DNA from: Macrostomum lignano
Lineage: Eukaryota
Assembly (NCBI GenBank): GCA_002269645.1
Contig: NIVC01000152.1
Span: 124,001 to 188,000, forward strand
Length of the DNA stretch: 64,000 nt
Reading direction: 5' to 3'
Shown here: one piece after another, positions 32,912 to 47,900 of the stretch
How positions within the stretch are numbered: the first letter of the stretch is position 1
Layout: each line of letters begins with the position of its first letter
Position numbers and translations under genes: made by a program
Notes under the pieces: generated by a model
What the model was told of the DNA's origin: nothing
The model's database searches: none
What the model saw: the letters and a program-made list of their open reading frames with translations, nothing else

Positions 32912-35900
32912 TGGTTTAGGGACTGTTCTCATGTTGGTTTAGGGACTGTTCTCATGTTGGTTTAGGGACTGTTTTCACGTTGGTTTAGGGACTGTTTTCA
33001 TGCTGGTTTAGGGACTGTTCTCATGCTGGTTTAGGGACTGTTCTCATGTTGGTTTAGGGACTGTTCTCATGTTGGTTTAGGGACTGTTCTCATGCTGGTT
33101 TAGGGACTGTTCTCATGCTGGCTTAGGGACTGTTTTCATGCTGCTTTAGGGACTGTTTTCATGTTGGTTTAGGGACTGTTCTCATGTTGGTTTAGGGACT
33201 GTTTTCATGCTGGTTTAGGGACTGTTCTCATGCTGGTTTAGGGACTGTTCTCATGCTGGTTTAGGGACTGTTCTCATGCTGGTTTAGGGACTGTTCTCAT
33301 GCTGGTTTAGGGACTGTTCTCATGCTGGTTTAGGGACTGTTCTCATGCTGGTTTAGGGACTGTTTTCATGTTGGTTTAGGGACTGTTCTCATGTTGGTTT
33401 AGGGACTGTTCTCATGCTGGTTTAGGGACTGTTTTCATGTTGGTTTAGGGACTGTTCTCATGTTGGTTTAGGGACTGTTCTCATGCTGGTTTAGGGACTG
33501 TTTTCATGTTGGTTTAGGGACTGTTCTCATGCTGGTTTAGGGACTGTTCTCATGTTGGTTTACGGACTGTTCTCATGCTGGTTTAGGGACTGTTTTCATG
33601 CTGCTTTAGGGACTGTTTTCATGTTGGTTTAGGGACTGTTTAATGTTGGTTTAGAAACAGTTCTCATGCTGCTTTACGGACTGTTCTCATCCTGCTTTAG
33701 GGACTGTTCTCATGTTGGTTTACGGACTGTTCTCATCCTGCTTTAGGGACTGTTCTCATGCTGGTTTAGGGACAGTTCTCATGTTGGTTTAGGGACTGTT
33801 CTCATGTTGGTTTAGGGACTGTTCTCATGCTGGTTTAGGGACTGTTTTCATGTTGGTTTAGGGACTGTTCTTCTGTTGGTTTAGGGACTGTTTAATGTTG
33901 GTTTAGAAACAGTTCTCATGCTGCTTTACGGACTGTTCTCATCCTGCTTTAGGGACTGTTCTCATGTTGGTTTATGGACTGTTCTCATGTTGGTTCAGGG
34001 ACTGTTTTCATGCTGGTTTATGGACTGTTCTCATGTTGGTTTATGGACTGTTCTCATGTTGGTTTAGAAACAGTTCTCATGCTGCTTTACGGACTGTTCT
34101 CATCCTGCTTTAGGGACAGTTCTCATGTTGGTTTATGGACTGTTCTCATGTTGGTTTAGAAACAGTTCTCATGCTGCTTTACGGACTGTTCTCATCCTGC
34201 TTTAGGGACTGTTCTCATGTTGGTTTACGGACTGTTCTCATGCTGGTTTAGGGACTGTTTTCATGCTGCTTTAGGGACTGTTCTCATGCTGGTTTAGGGA
34301 CAGTTCTCATGTTGGTTTAGGGACTGTTTTCATGTTGGTTTAGGGACTGTTCTCATGTTGGTTTATGGACTGTTCTCATGTTGGTTTAGAAACAGTTCTC
34401 ATGCTGCTTTACGGACTGTTCTCATGCTGGTTTAGGGACAGTTCTCATGTTGGTTTATGGACTGTTCTCATGTTGGTTTAGAAACAGTTCTCATGCTGCT
34501 TTACGGACTGTTCTCATCCTGCTTTAGAGACTGTTCTCATGTTGGTTTAGGGACAGTTCTCATGCTGGTTTAGGGACAGTTCTCATGCTGCTTTAGGGAC
34601 TGTTCTCATGCTGGTTTAGGGACTGTTCTCATGCTGGTTTAGGGACTGTTCTCATGCTGGTTTAGGGACTGTTCTCATGCTGGTTTAGGGACTGTTTTCA
34701 TGCTGCTTTAGGGACTGTTCTCATGCTGGTTTAGGGACTGTTCTCATGCTGCTTTAGGGACTGTTCTCATGCTGGTTTAGGGACTGTTTTCATGTTGGTT
34801 TAGGGACTGTTCTCATGTTGGTTTAGGGACTGTTCTCATGCTGGTTTAGGGACTGTTCTCATGCTGGTTTAGGGACTGTTCTCATGCTGGTTTAGGGACT
34901 GTTTTCATGTTGGTTTAGGGACTGTTCTCATGTTGGTTTAGGGACTGTTCTCATGCTGGTTTAGGGACTGTTTTCATGTTGGTTTAGGGACTGTTCTCAT
35001 GTTGGTTTAGGGACTGTTCTCATGCTGGTTTAGGGACTGTTTTCATGTTGGTTTAGGGACTGTTCTCATGCTGGTTTAGGGACTGTTCTCATGTTGGTTT
35101 ACGGACTGTTCTCATGCTGGTTTAGGGACTGTTTTCATGCTGCTTTAGGGACTGTTTTCATGTTGGTTTAGGGACTGTTTAATGTTGGTTTAGAAACAGT
35201 TCTCATGCTGCTTTACGGACTGTTCTCATCCTGCTTTAGGGACTGTTCTCATGTTGGTTTACGGACTGTTCTCATCCTGCTTTAGGGACTGTTCTCATGC
35301 TGGTTTAGGGACAGTTCTCATGTTGGTTTAGGGACTGTTCTCATGTTGGTTTAGGGACTGTTCTCATGCTGGTTTAGGGACTGTTTTCATGTTGGTTTAG
35401 GGACTGTTCTTCTGTTGGTTTAGGGACTGTTTAATGTTGGTTTAGAAACAGTTCTCATGCTGCTTTACGGACTGTTCTCATCCTGCTTTAGGGACTGTTC
35501 TCATGTTGGTTTATGGACTGTTCTCATGTTGGTTCAGGGACTGTTTTCATGCTGGTTTATGGACTGTTCTCATGTTGGTTTATGGACTGTTCTCATGTTG
35601 GTTTAGAAACAGTTCTCATGCTGCTTTACGGACTGTTCTCATCCTGCTTTAGGGACAGTTCTCATGTTGGTTTATGGACTGTTCTCATGTTGGTTTAGAA
35701 ACAGTTCTCATGCTGCTTTACGGACTGTTCTCATCCTGCTTTAGGGACTGTTCTCATGTTGGTTTACGGACTGTTCTCATGCTGGTTTAGGGACTGTTTT
35801 CATGCTGCTTTAGGGACTGTTCTCATGCTGGTTTAGGGACAGTTCTCATGTTGGTTTAGGGACTGTTTTCATGTTGGTTTTGGGACTGTTCTCATGCTGG

Positions 35901-38900
35901 TTTATGGACAGTTCTCATGCTGGTTTTGGGACTGTTCTCATGCTGGTTTTGGGACTGTTCTCATGCTGGATTAGGGACTGTTCTCATGTTGGTTTACGGA
36001 CTGTTCTCATGCTGGTTTAGGGACTGTTTAATGTTGGTTTAGAAACAGTTCTCATGCTGGTTTAGGGACTGTTTAATGTTGGTTTAGAAACAGTTCTCAT
36101 GTTGGTTTAGGGACTGTTCTCATGTTGGTTTAGAAACAGTTCTCATGCTGCTTTACGGACTGTTCTCATCCTGCTTTAGAGACTGTTCTCATGTTGGTTT
36201 AGGGACTGTTCTCATGCTGCGTTAGGGACTGTTCTCATGCTGCTTTAGGGACTGTTTTCATGTTGGTTTAGGGACTGTTCTCATGTTGGTTTAGGGACTT
36301 CTCATGCTGGGTTAGAAACAGTTCTCATGTTGGTTTAGGGACTGTTCTCATGTTGGTTTAGGGACTGTTATCATGTTGGTTTAGGGACTGTTCTCATGTT
36401 GGTTTATGGACAGTTCTCATGCTGGTTTAGGGACTGTTCTCATGTTGGTTTAGGGACTGTTCTCATGCTGGTTTTGGGACTGTTCTCATGCTGGTTTATG
36501 GACAGTTCTCATGCTGGTTTTGGGACTGTTCTCATGCTGGTTTTGGGACTGTTCTCATGCTGGATTAGGGACTGTTCTCATGTTGGTTTACGGACTGTTC
36601 TCATGCTGGTTTAGGGACTGTTTAATGTTGGTTTAGAAACAGTTCTCATGTTGGTTTAGGGACTGTTCTCATGTTGGTTTAGAAACAGTTCTCATGCTGC
36701 TTTACGGACTGTTCTCATCCTGCTTTAGAGACTGTTCTCATGTTGGTTTAGGGACTGTTCTCATGCTGCTTTAGGGACTGTTTTCATGTTGGTTTAGGGA
36801 CTGTTCTCATGTTGGTTTAGGGACTTCTCATGCTGGGTTAGAAACAGTTCTCATATTGGTTTAGGGACTGTTCTCATGTTGGTTTAGGGACTGTTATCAT
36901 GTTGGTTTAGGGACTGTTCTCATGTTGGTTTAGGGACTGTTCTCATGCTGGTTTAGGGACTGTTCTCATGCTGCTTTAGGGACTGTTCTCATGCTGGTTT
37001 AGGGACAGTTCTCATGTTGGTTTAGGGACAGTTCTCATGCTGGTTTAGGGACTGTTCTCATGTTAGTTTAGAAACAGTTCTCATGCTGCTTTACGGACTG
37101 TTCTCATCCTGCTTTAGAGACTGTTCTCATGTTGGTTTAGGGACTGTTCTCATGCTGCTTTAGGGACTGTTTTCATGTTGGTTTAGGGACTGTTCTCATG
37201 TTGGTTTAGGGACTTCTCATGCTGGGTTAGAAACAGTTCTCATGTTGGTTTAGGGACTGTTATCATGTTGGTTTAGGGACTGTTCTCATGTTGGTTTATG
37301 GACAGTTCTTCTGTTGGTTTAGGGACTGTTCTCATGTTGGTTTATGGACAGTTCTCATGCTGGTTTAGGGACTGTTTAATGTTGGTTTAGAAACAGTTCT
37401 CATGCTGCTTTACGGACTGTTCTCATCCTGCTTTAGGGACTGTTCTCATGTTGGTTTAGGGACTGTTCTCATGCAGGTTTAGGGACTGTTCTCATGCTGG
37501 TTTAGGGACTGTTCTCATGTTGGTTTAGGGACTGTTCTCATGTTGGTTTACGGACTGTTCTCATGCTGCTTTAGGGACTGTTCTCATGTTGGTTTAGGGA
37601 CTGTTCTCATGCTGCCTTAGGGACTGTTCTCATGCTGGTTTAGGGACTGTTCTCATGTTGGTTTACGGACTGTTCTCATGCTGGTTTAGGGACTGTTTTC
37701 ATGCTGCTTTAGGGACTGTTCTCATGCTGGTTTAGGGACTGTTTTCATGCTGCTTTAGGGACTGTTCTCATGTTGGTTTATGGACTGTTCTCATGTTGGT
37801 TTAGAAACAGTTCTCATGCTGCTTTAAGGACTGTTCTCATCCTGCTTTAGGGACTGTTCTCATGCTGGGTTAGAAACAGTTCTCATGCTGCTTTAGGGAC
37901 TGTTCTCATGCTGGTTTAGGGACTGTTCTCATGTTGGTTTACGGACTGTTCTCATGTTGGTTTAGGGACTGTTCTCATGTTGGTTTATGGACTGTTCTCA
38001 TGTTGGTTTAGGGACTGTTCTCATGCTGGTTTACGGACTGTTCTCATCCTGCTTTAGAGACTGTTCTCATGTTGGTTTAGAAACAGTTCTCATGCTGCTT
38101 TACGGACTGTTCTCATCCTGCTTTAGAGACTGTTCTCATGTTGGTTTATGGACTGTTCTCATGCTGGTTTAGAAACAGTTCTCATGCTGGTTTAGGGACT
38201 GTTTAATGTTGGTTTAGAAACAGTTCTCATGTTGGTTTAGGGACTGTTCTCATGTTGGTTTAGAAACAGTTCTCATGCTGCTTTAGGGACTGTTCTCATG
38301 CTGCTTTAGGGACTGTTTTCATGTTGGTTTAGGGACTGTTCTCATGTTGGTTTAGGGACTTCTCATGCTGGGTTAGAAACAGTTCTCATGTTGGTTTAGG
38401 GACTGTTCTCATGTTGGTTTAGGGACTGTTATCATGTTGGTTTAGGGACTGTTCTCATGTTGGTTTATGGACAGTTCTCATGCTGGTTTAGGGACTGTTC
38501 TCATGCTGGTTTAGGGACAGTTCTCATGTTGGTTTAGGGACTGTTCTCATGTTGGTTTAGGGACTGTTCTCATGCTGGTTTAGGGACTGTTTTCATGTTG
38601 GTTTAGGGACTGTTCTTCTGTTGGTTTAGGGACTGTTTAATGTTGGTTTAGAAACAGTTCTCATGCTGCTTTACGGACTGTTCTCATCCTGCTTTAGGGA
38701 CTGTTCTCATGTTGGTTTATGGACTGTTCTCATGTTGGTTCAGGGACTGTTTTCATGCTGGTTTATGGACTGTTCTCATGTTGGTTTATGGACTGTTCTC
38801 ATGTTGGTTTAGAAACAGTTCTCATGCTGCTTTACGGACTGTTCTCATCCTGCTTTAGGGACAGTTCTCATGTTGGTTTATGGACTGTTCTCATGTTGGT

Positions 38901-41900
38901 TTAGAAACAGTTCTCATGCTGCTTTACGGACTGTTCTCATCCTGCTTTAGGGACTGTTCTCATGTTGGTTTATGGACTGTTCTCATGTTGGTTTAGGGAC
39001 TGTTTTCATGCTGCTTTAGGGACTGTTCTCATGCTGGTTTAGGGACAGTTCTCATGTTGGTTTAGGGACTGTTTTCATGTTGGTTTAGGGACTGTTCTCA
39101 TGTTGGTTTATGGACTGTTCTCATGTTGGTTTAGAAACAGTTCTCATGCTGCTTTACGGACTGTTCTCATGCTGGTTTAGGGACAGTTCTCATGTTGGTT
39201 TATGGACTGTTCTCATGTTGGTTTAGAAACAGTTCTCATGCTGCTTTACGGACTGTTCTCATCCTGCTTTAGAGACTGTTCTCATGTTGGTTTAGGGACA
39301 GTTCTCATGCTGGTTTAGGGACAGTTCTCATGCTGCTTTAGGGACTGTTCTCATGTTGGTTTAGGGACTGTTTTCATGTTGGTTTAGGGACTGTTCTCAT
39401 GTTGGTTTAGGGACTGTTTAATGTTGGTTTAGAAACAGTTCTCATGCTGCTTTACGGACTGTTCTCATCCTGCTTTAGGGACTGTTCTCATGTTGGTTTA
39501 GGGACTGTTCTCATGCTGGTTTAGGGACTGTTCTCATGTTGGTTTAGGGACTGTTCTCATGTTGGTTTACGGACTGTTCTCATGCTGCTTTAAGGACTGT
39601 TCTCATCCTGCTTTAGAGACTGTTCTCATGTTGGTTTAGAAACAGTTCTCATGCTGCTTTACGGACTGTTCTCATCCTGCTTTAGGGACTGTTCTCATGT
39701 TGGTTTACGGACTGTTCTCATGCTGGTTTAGGGACTGTTTTCATGCTGCTTTAGGGACTGTTCTCATGCTGGTTTAGGGACAGTTCTCATGTTGGTTTAG
39801 GGACTGTTTTCATGTTGGTTTAGGGACTGTTCTCATGTTGGTTTATGGACTGTTCTCATGTTGGTTTAGAAACAGTTCTCATGCTGCTTTACGGACTGTT
39901 CTCATGCTGGTTTAGGGACAGTTCTCATGTTGGTTTATGGACTGTTTTCATGTTGGTTTAGAAACAGTTCTCATGCTGCTTTACGGACTGTTCTCATCCT
40001 GCTTTAGAGACTGTTCTCATGTTGGTTTAGGGACAGTTCTCATGCTGGTTTAGGGACAGTTCTCATGCTGCTTTAGGGACTGTTCTCATGTTGGTTTAGG
40101 GACTGTTTCATGTTGGTTTAGGGACTGTTCTCATGTTGGTTTAGGGACTGTTTAATGTTGGTTTAGAAACAGTTCTCATGCTGCTTTACGGACTGTTCTC
40201 ATCCTGCTTTAGGGACTGTTCTCATGTTGGTTTAGGGACTGTTCTCATGCTGGTTTAGGGACTGTTCTCATGTTGGTTTAGGGACTGTTCTCATGTTGGT
40301 TTACGGACTGTTCTCATGCTGCTTTAAGGACTGTTCTCATCCTGCTTTAGAGACTGTTCTCATGTTGGTTTAGGGACAGTTCTCATGCTGCTTTAGGGAC
40401 TGTTCTTATGCTGGTTTAGGGACTGTTCTCATGTTGGTTTACGGACTGTTCTTATGCTGGTTTAGGGACTGTTTTCATGCTGCTTTAGGGACTGTTCTCA
40501 TGTTGGTTTACGGACTGTTCTCATGTTGGTTTAGGGACTGTTCTCATGTTGGTTTATGGACTGTTCTCATGTTGGTTTAGAAACAGTTCTCATGCTGCTT
40601 TAAGGACTGTTCTCATCCTGCTTTAGAGACTGTTCTCATGTTGGTTTAGGGACAGTTCTCATGCTGCTTTAGGGACTGTTCTTATGCTGGTTTAGGGACT
40701 GTTCTCATCCTGCTTTAGGGACTGTTCTCATGTTGGTTTAGGGACTGTTCTCATGCTGGTTTAGGGACTGTTCTCATGTTGGTTTAGGGACTGTTCTCAT
40801 GTTGGTTTAGGGACTGTTCTCATGCTGGTTTAGGGACTGTTCTCATGCTGGTTTAGGGACTGTTCTCATGTTGGTTTACGGACTGTTCTCATGCTGCTTT
40901 AGGGACTGTTCTCATGCTGGTTTAGGGACTGTTTTCATGCTGCTTTAGGGACTGTTCTCATGTTGGTTTAGGGACTGTTCTCATGTTGGTTTACGGACTG
41001 TTCTCATGTTGGTTTAGGGACTGTTCTCATGCTGGTTTAGGGACTGTTTTCATGCTGGTTTAGGGACTGTTCTCATGTTGGTTTAGGGACTGTTCTCATG
41101 CTGGGTTAGAAACAGTTCTCATGCTGCTTTAGGGACTGTTCTCATGCTGTTTTAGGGACTGTTCTCATGTTGGTTTACGGACTGTTCTCATGTTGGTTTA
41201 GGGACTGTTCTCATGTTGGTTTATGGACTGTTCTCATGTTGGTTTAGGGACTGTTCTCATGCTGGTTTACGGACTGTTCTCATCCTGCTTTAGAGACTGT
41301 TCTCATGTTGGTTTATGGACTGTTCTCATGCTGGTTTAGAAACAGTTCTCATGCTGGTTTAGGGACTGTTTAATGTTGGTTTAGAAACAGTTCTCATGTT
41401 GGTTTAGGGACTGTTCTCATGTTGGTTTAGAAACAGTTCTCATGCTGCTTTACGGACTGTTCTCATCCTGCTTTAGAGACTGTTCTCATGTTGGTTTAGG
41501 GACTGTTCTCATGCTGCTTTAGGGACTGTTCTCATGCTGCTTTAGGGACTGTTTTCATGTTGGTTTAGGGACTGTTCTCATGTTGGTTTAGGGACTTCTC
41601 ATGCTGGGTTAGAAACAGTTCTCATGTTGGTTTAGGGACTGTTCTCATGTTGGTTTAGGGACTGTTATCATGTTGGTTTAGGGACTGTTCTCATGTTGGT
41701 TTATGGACAGTTCTCATGCTGGTTTAGGGACTGTTCTCATGTTGGTTTAGGGACTGTTCTCATGCTGGTTTTGGGACTGTTCTCATGTTGGTTTATGGAC
41801 AGTTCTCATGCTGGTTTTGGGACTGTTCTCATGCTGGTTTTGGGACTGTTCTCATGCTGGTTTAGGGACTGTTCTCATGTTGGTTTACGGACTGTTCTCA

Positions 41901-44900
41901 TGCTGGTTTAGGGACTGTTTAATGTTGGTTTAGAAACAGTTCTCATGTTGGTTTAGGGACTGTTCTCATGTTGGTTTAGAAACAGTTCTCATGCTGCTTT
42001 ACGGACTGTTCTCATCCTGCTTTAGAGACTGTTCTCATGTTGGTTTAGGGACTGTTCTCATGCTGCTTTAGGGACTGTTTTCATGTTGGTTTAGGGACTG
42101 TTCTCATGTTGGTTTAGGGACTTCTCATGCTGGGTTAGAAACAGTTCTCATATTGGTTTAGGGACTGTTCTCATGTTGGTTTAGGGACTGTTATCATGTT
42201 GGTTTAGGGACTGTTCTCATGTTGGTTTAGGGACTGTTCTCATGCTGGTTTAGGGACTGTTCTCATGCTGCTTTAGGGACTGTTCTCATGCTGGTTTAGG
42301 GACAGTTCTCATGTTGGTTTAGGGACAGTTCTCATGCTGGTTTAGGGACTGTTCTCATGTTAGTTTAGAAACAGTTCTCATGCTGCTTTACGGACTTTTC
42401 TCATCCTGCTTTAGAGACTGTTCTCATGTTGGTTTAGGGACTGTTCTCATGCTGCTTTAGGGACTGTTTTCATGTTGGTTTAGGGACTGTTCTCATGTTG
42501 GTTTAGGGACTTCTCATGCTGGTTAGAAACAGTTCTCATGTTGGTTTAGGGACTGTTATCATGTTGGTTTAGGGACTGTTCTCATGTTGGTTTATGGACA
42601 GTTCTTCTGTTGGTTTAGGGACTGTTCTCATGTTGGTTTATGGACAGTTCTCATGCTGGTTTAGGGACTGTTTAATGTTGGTTTAGAAACAGTTCTCATG
42701 CTGCTTTACGGACTGTTCTCATCCTGCTTTAGGGACTGTTCTCATGTTGGTTTATGGACTGTTCTCATGCTGGTTTAGAAACAGTTCTCATGCTGGTTTA
42801 GGGACTGTTTAATGTTGGTTTAGAAACAGTTCTCATGTTGGTTTAGGGACTGTTCTCATGTTGGTTTAGAAACAGTTCTCATGCTGCTTTACGGACTGTT
42901 CTCATCCTGCTTTAGAGACTGTTCTCATGTTGGTTTAGGGACTGTTCTCATGCTGCTTTAGGGACTGTTCTCATGCTGCTTTAGGGACTGTTTTCATGTT
43001 GGTTTAGGGACTGTTCTCATGTTGGTTTAGGGACTTCTCATGCTGGGTTAGAAACAGTTCTCATGTTGGTTTAGGGACTGTTCTCATGTTGGTTTAGGGA
43101 CTGTTATCATGTTGGTTTAGGGACTGTTCTCATGTTGGTTTATGGACAGTTCTCATGCTGGTTTAGGGACTGTTCTCATGTTGGTTTAGGGACTGTTCTC
43201 ATGCTGGTTTTGGGACTGTTCTCATGTTGGTTTATGGACAGTTCTCATGCTGGTTTTGGGACTGTTCTCATGCTGGTTTTGGGACTGTTCTCATGCTGGT
43301 TTAGGGACTGTTCTCATGTTGGTTTACGGACTGTTCTCATGCTGGTTTAGGGACTGTTTAATGTTGGTTTAGAAACAGTTCTCATGTTGGTTTAGGGACT
43401 GTTCTCATGTTGGTTTAGAAACAGTTCTCATGCTGCTTTACGGACTGTTCTCATCCTGCTTTAGAGACTGTTCTCATGTTGGTTTAGGGACTGTTCTCAT
43501 GCTGCTTTAGGGACTGTTTTCATGTTGGTTTAGGGACTGTTCTCATGTTGGTTTAGGGACTTCTCATGCTGGTTAGAAACAGTTCTCATATTGGTTTAGG
43601 GACTGTTCTCATGTTGGTTTAGGGACTGTTATCATGTTGGTTTAGGGACTGTTCTCATGTTGGTTTAGGGACTGTTCTCATGCTGGTTTAGGGACTGTTC
43701 TCATGCTGCTTTAGGGACTGTTCTCATGCTGGTTTAGGGACAGTTCTCATGTTGGTTTAGGGACAGTTCTCATGCTGGTTTAGGGACTGTTCTCATGTTA
43801 GTTTAGAAACAGTTCTCATGCTGCTTTACGGACTTTTCTCATCTGCTTTAGAGACTGTTCTCATGTTGGTTTAGGGACTGTTCTCATGCTGCTTTAGGGA
43901 CTGTTTTCATGTTGGTTTAGGGACTGTTCTCATGTTGGTTTAGGGACTTCTCATGCTGGGTTAGAAACAGTTCTCATGTTGGTTTAGGGACTGTTATCAT
44001 GTTGGTTTAGGGACTGTTCTCATGTTGGTTTATGGACAGTTCTTCTGTTGGTTTAGGGACTGTTCTCATGTTGGTTTATGGACAGTTCTCATGCTGGTTT
44101 AGGGACTGTTTAATGTTGGTTTAGAAACAGTTCTCATGCTGCTTTACGGACTGTTCTCATCCTGCTTTAGGGACTGTTCTCATGTTGGTTTAGGGACTGT
44201 TCTCATGCTGGTTTAGGGACTGTTCTCATGCTGGTTTAGGGACTGTTCTCATGTTGGTTTAGGGACTGTTCTCATGTTGGTTTACGGACTGTTCTCATGC
44301 TGCTTTAGGGACTGTTCTCATGTTGGTTTAGGGACTGTTCTCATGCTGCCTTAGGGACTGTTCTCATGCTGGTTTAGGGACTGTTCTCATGTTGGTTTAC
44401 GGACTGTTCTCATGCTGGTTTAGGGACTGTTTTCATGCTGCTTTAGGGACTGTTCTCATGTTGGTTTACGGACTGTTCTCATGTTGGTTTAGGGACTGTT
44501 CTCATGTTGGTTTATGGACTGTTCTCATGTTGGTTTAGAAACAGTTCTCATGCTGCTTTAAGGACTGTTCTCATCCTGCTTTAGGGACTGTTCTCATGCT
44601 GGGTTAGAAACAGTTCTCATGCTGCTTTAGGGACTGTTCTCATGCTGGTTTAGGGACTGTTCTCATGTTGGTTTAGGGACTGTTCTCATGTTGGTTTAGG
44701 GACTGTTCTCATGTTGGTTTACGGACTGTTCTCATGTTGGTTTATGGACTGTTCTCATGTTGGTTTACGGACTGTTCTCATGCTGGTTTAGGGACTGTTC
44801 TCATGTTGGTTTAGGGACTGTTCTCATGTTGGTTTAGGGACTGTTTTCATGTTGGTTTAGGGACTGTTCTCATGTTGGTTTAGGACTGTTCTCATGTTGG

Positions 44901-47900
44901 TTTAGGACTGTTCTCATGTTGGTTTAGGACTGTTCTCATGTGGTTTAGGACTGTTCTCATGCTGGTTTAGGACTGTTCTCATGCTGCTTTAGAGACTGTT
45001 CTCATGTGGTTTAGGACTGTTCTCATGTGCTTTAGAGACTGTTCTCATGTTGGTTTATGGACTGTTCTCATGCTGGTTTAGAAACAGTTCTCATGCTGGT
45101 TTAGGGACTGTTTAATGTTGGTTTAGAAACAGTTCTCATGTTGGTTTAGGGACTGTTCTCATGTTGGTTTAGAAACAGTTCTCATGCTGCTTTACGGACT
45201 GTTCTCATCCTGCTTTAGAGACTGTTCTCATGTTGGTTTAGGGACTGTTCTCATGCTGCTTTAGGGACTGTTCTCATGCTGCTTTAGGGACTGTTTCATG
45301 TTGGTTTAGGGACTGTTCTCATGTTGGTTTAGGGACTTCTCATGCTGGGTTAGAAACAGTTCTCATGTTGGTTTAGGGACTGTTCTCATGTTGGTTTAGG
45401 GACTGTTATCATGTTGGTTTAGGGACTGTTCTCATGTTGGTTTATGGACAGTTCTCATGCTGGTTTAGGGACTGTTCTCATGTTGGTTTAGGGACTGTTC
45501 TCATGCTGGTTTTGGGACTGTTCTCATGTTGGTTTATGGACAGTTCTCATGCTGGTTTTGGGACTGTTCTCATGCTGGTTTTGGGACTGTTCTCATGCTG
45601 GTTTAGGGACTGTTCTCATGTTGGTTTACGGACTGTTCTCATGCTGGTTTAGGGACTGTTTAATGTTGGTTTAGAAACAGTTCTCATGTTGGTTTAGGGA
45701 CTGTTCTCATGTTGGTTTAGAAACAGTTCTCATGCTTTTACGGACTGTTCTCATCCTGCTTTAGAGACTGTTCTCATGTTGGTTTAGGGACTGTTCTCAT
45801 GCTGCTTTAGGGACTGTTTTCATGTTGGTTTAGGGACTGTTCTCATGTTGGTTTAGGGACTTCTCATGCTGGGTTAGAAACAGTTCTCATATTGGTTTAG
45901 GGACTGTTCTCATGTTGGTTTAGGGACTGTTATCATGTTGGTTTAGGGACTGTTCTCATGTTGGTTTATGGACAGTTCTCATGCTGGTTTAGGGACTGTT
46001 TAATGTTGGTTTAGAAACAGTTCTCATGCTGCTTTACGGACTGTTCTCATCCTGCTTTAGGGACTGTTCTCATGTTGGTTTAGGGACTGTTCTCATGCTG
46101 GTTTAGGGACTGTTCTCATGCTGGTTTAGGGACTGTTCTCATGTTGGTTTAGGGACTGTTCTCATGTTGGTTTACGGACTGTTCTCATGCTGCTTTAGGG
46201 ACTGTTCTCATGTTGGTTTAGGGACTGTTCTCATGCTGCTTTAGGGACTGTTCTCATGCTGGTTTAGGGACTGTTCTCATGTTGGTTTACGGACTGTTCT
46301 CATGCTGGTTTAGGGACTGTTTTCATGCTGCTTTAGGGACTGTTCTCATGTTGGTTTACGGACTGTTCTCATGTTGGTTTAGGGACTGTTCTCATGTTGG
46401 TTTAGAAACAGTTCTCATGCTGCTTTAAGGACTGTTCTCATCCTGCTTTAGAGACTGTTCTCATGTTGGTTTAGGGACAGTTCTCATGCTGCTTTAGGGA
46501 CTGTTCTTATGCTGGTTTAGGGACTGTTCTCATCCTGCTTTAGGGACTGTTCTCATGTTGGTTTAGGGACTGTTCTCATGCTGGTTTAGGGACTGTTCTC
46601 ATGTTGGTTTAGGGACTGTTCTCATGTTGGTTTAGGGACTGTTCTCATGCTGGTTTAGGGACTGTTCTCATGTTGGTTTACGGACTGTTCTCATGTTGGT
46701 TTACGGACTGTTCTCATGCTGCTTTAGGGACTGTTCTCATGCTGGTTTAGAAACAGTTCTCATGCTGCTTTAGGGACTGTTCTCATGTTGGTTTAGGGAC
46801 TGTTCTCATGTTGGTTTACGGACTGTTCTCATGTTGGTTTAGGGACTGTTCTCATGCTGGTTTAGGGACTGTTTTCATGCTGGTTTAGGGACTGTTCTCA
46901 TGTTGGTTTAGGGACTGTTCTCATGCTGGGTTAGAAACAGTTCTCATGCTGCTTTAGGGACTGTTCTCATGCTGGTTTAGGGACTGTTCTCATGTTGGTT
47001 TACGGACTGTTCTCATGTTGGTTTAGGGACTGTTCTCATGTTGGTTTATGGACTGTTCTCATGTTGGTTTAGGGACTGTTCTCATGCTGGTTTACGGACT
47101 GTTCTCATCCTGCTTTAGAGACTGTTCTCATGTTGGTTTAGAAACAGTTCTCATGCTGCTTTACGGACTGTTCTCATCCTGCTTTAGAGACTGTTCTCAT
47201 GTTGGTTTATGGACTGTTCTCATGCTGGTTTAGAAACAGTTCTCATGCTGGTTTAGGGACTGTTTAATGTTGGTTTAGAAACAGTTCTCATGTTGGTTTA
47301 GGGACTGTTCTCATGTTGGTTTAGAAACAGTTCTCATGCTGCTTTAGGACTGTTCTCATCCTGCTTTAGAGACTGTTCTCATGTTGGTTTAGGGACTGTT
47401 CTCATGCTGCTTTAGGGACTGTTCTCATGCTGCTTTAGGGACTGTTTTCATGTTGGTTTAGGGACTGTTCTCATGTTGGTTTAGGGACTTCTCATGCTGG
47501 TTAGAAACAGTTCTCATGTTGGTTTAGGGACTGTTCTCATGTTGGTTTAGGGACTGTTATCATGTTGGTTTAGGGACTGTTCTCATGTTGGTTTATGGAC
47601 AGTTCTCATGCTGGTTTAGGGACTGTTCTCATGTTGGTTTAGGGACTGTTCTCATGCTGGTTTTGGGACTGTTCTCATGTTGGTTTATGGACAGTTCTCA
47701 TGCTGGTTTTGGGACTGTTCTCATGCTGGTTTTGGGACTGTTCTCATGCTGGTTTAGGGACTGTTCTCATGTTGGTTTACGGACTGTTCTCATGCTGGTT
47801 TAGGGACTGTTTAATGTTGGTTTAGAAACAGTTCTCATGTTGGTTTAGGGACTGTTCTCATGTTGGTTTAGAAACAGTTCTCATGTGCTTTAGGACTGTT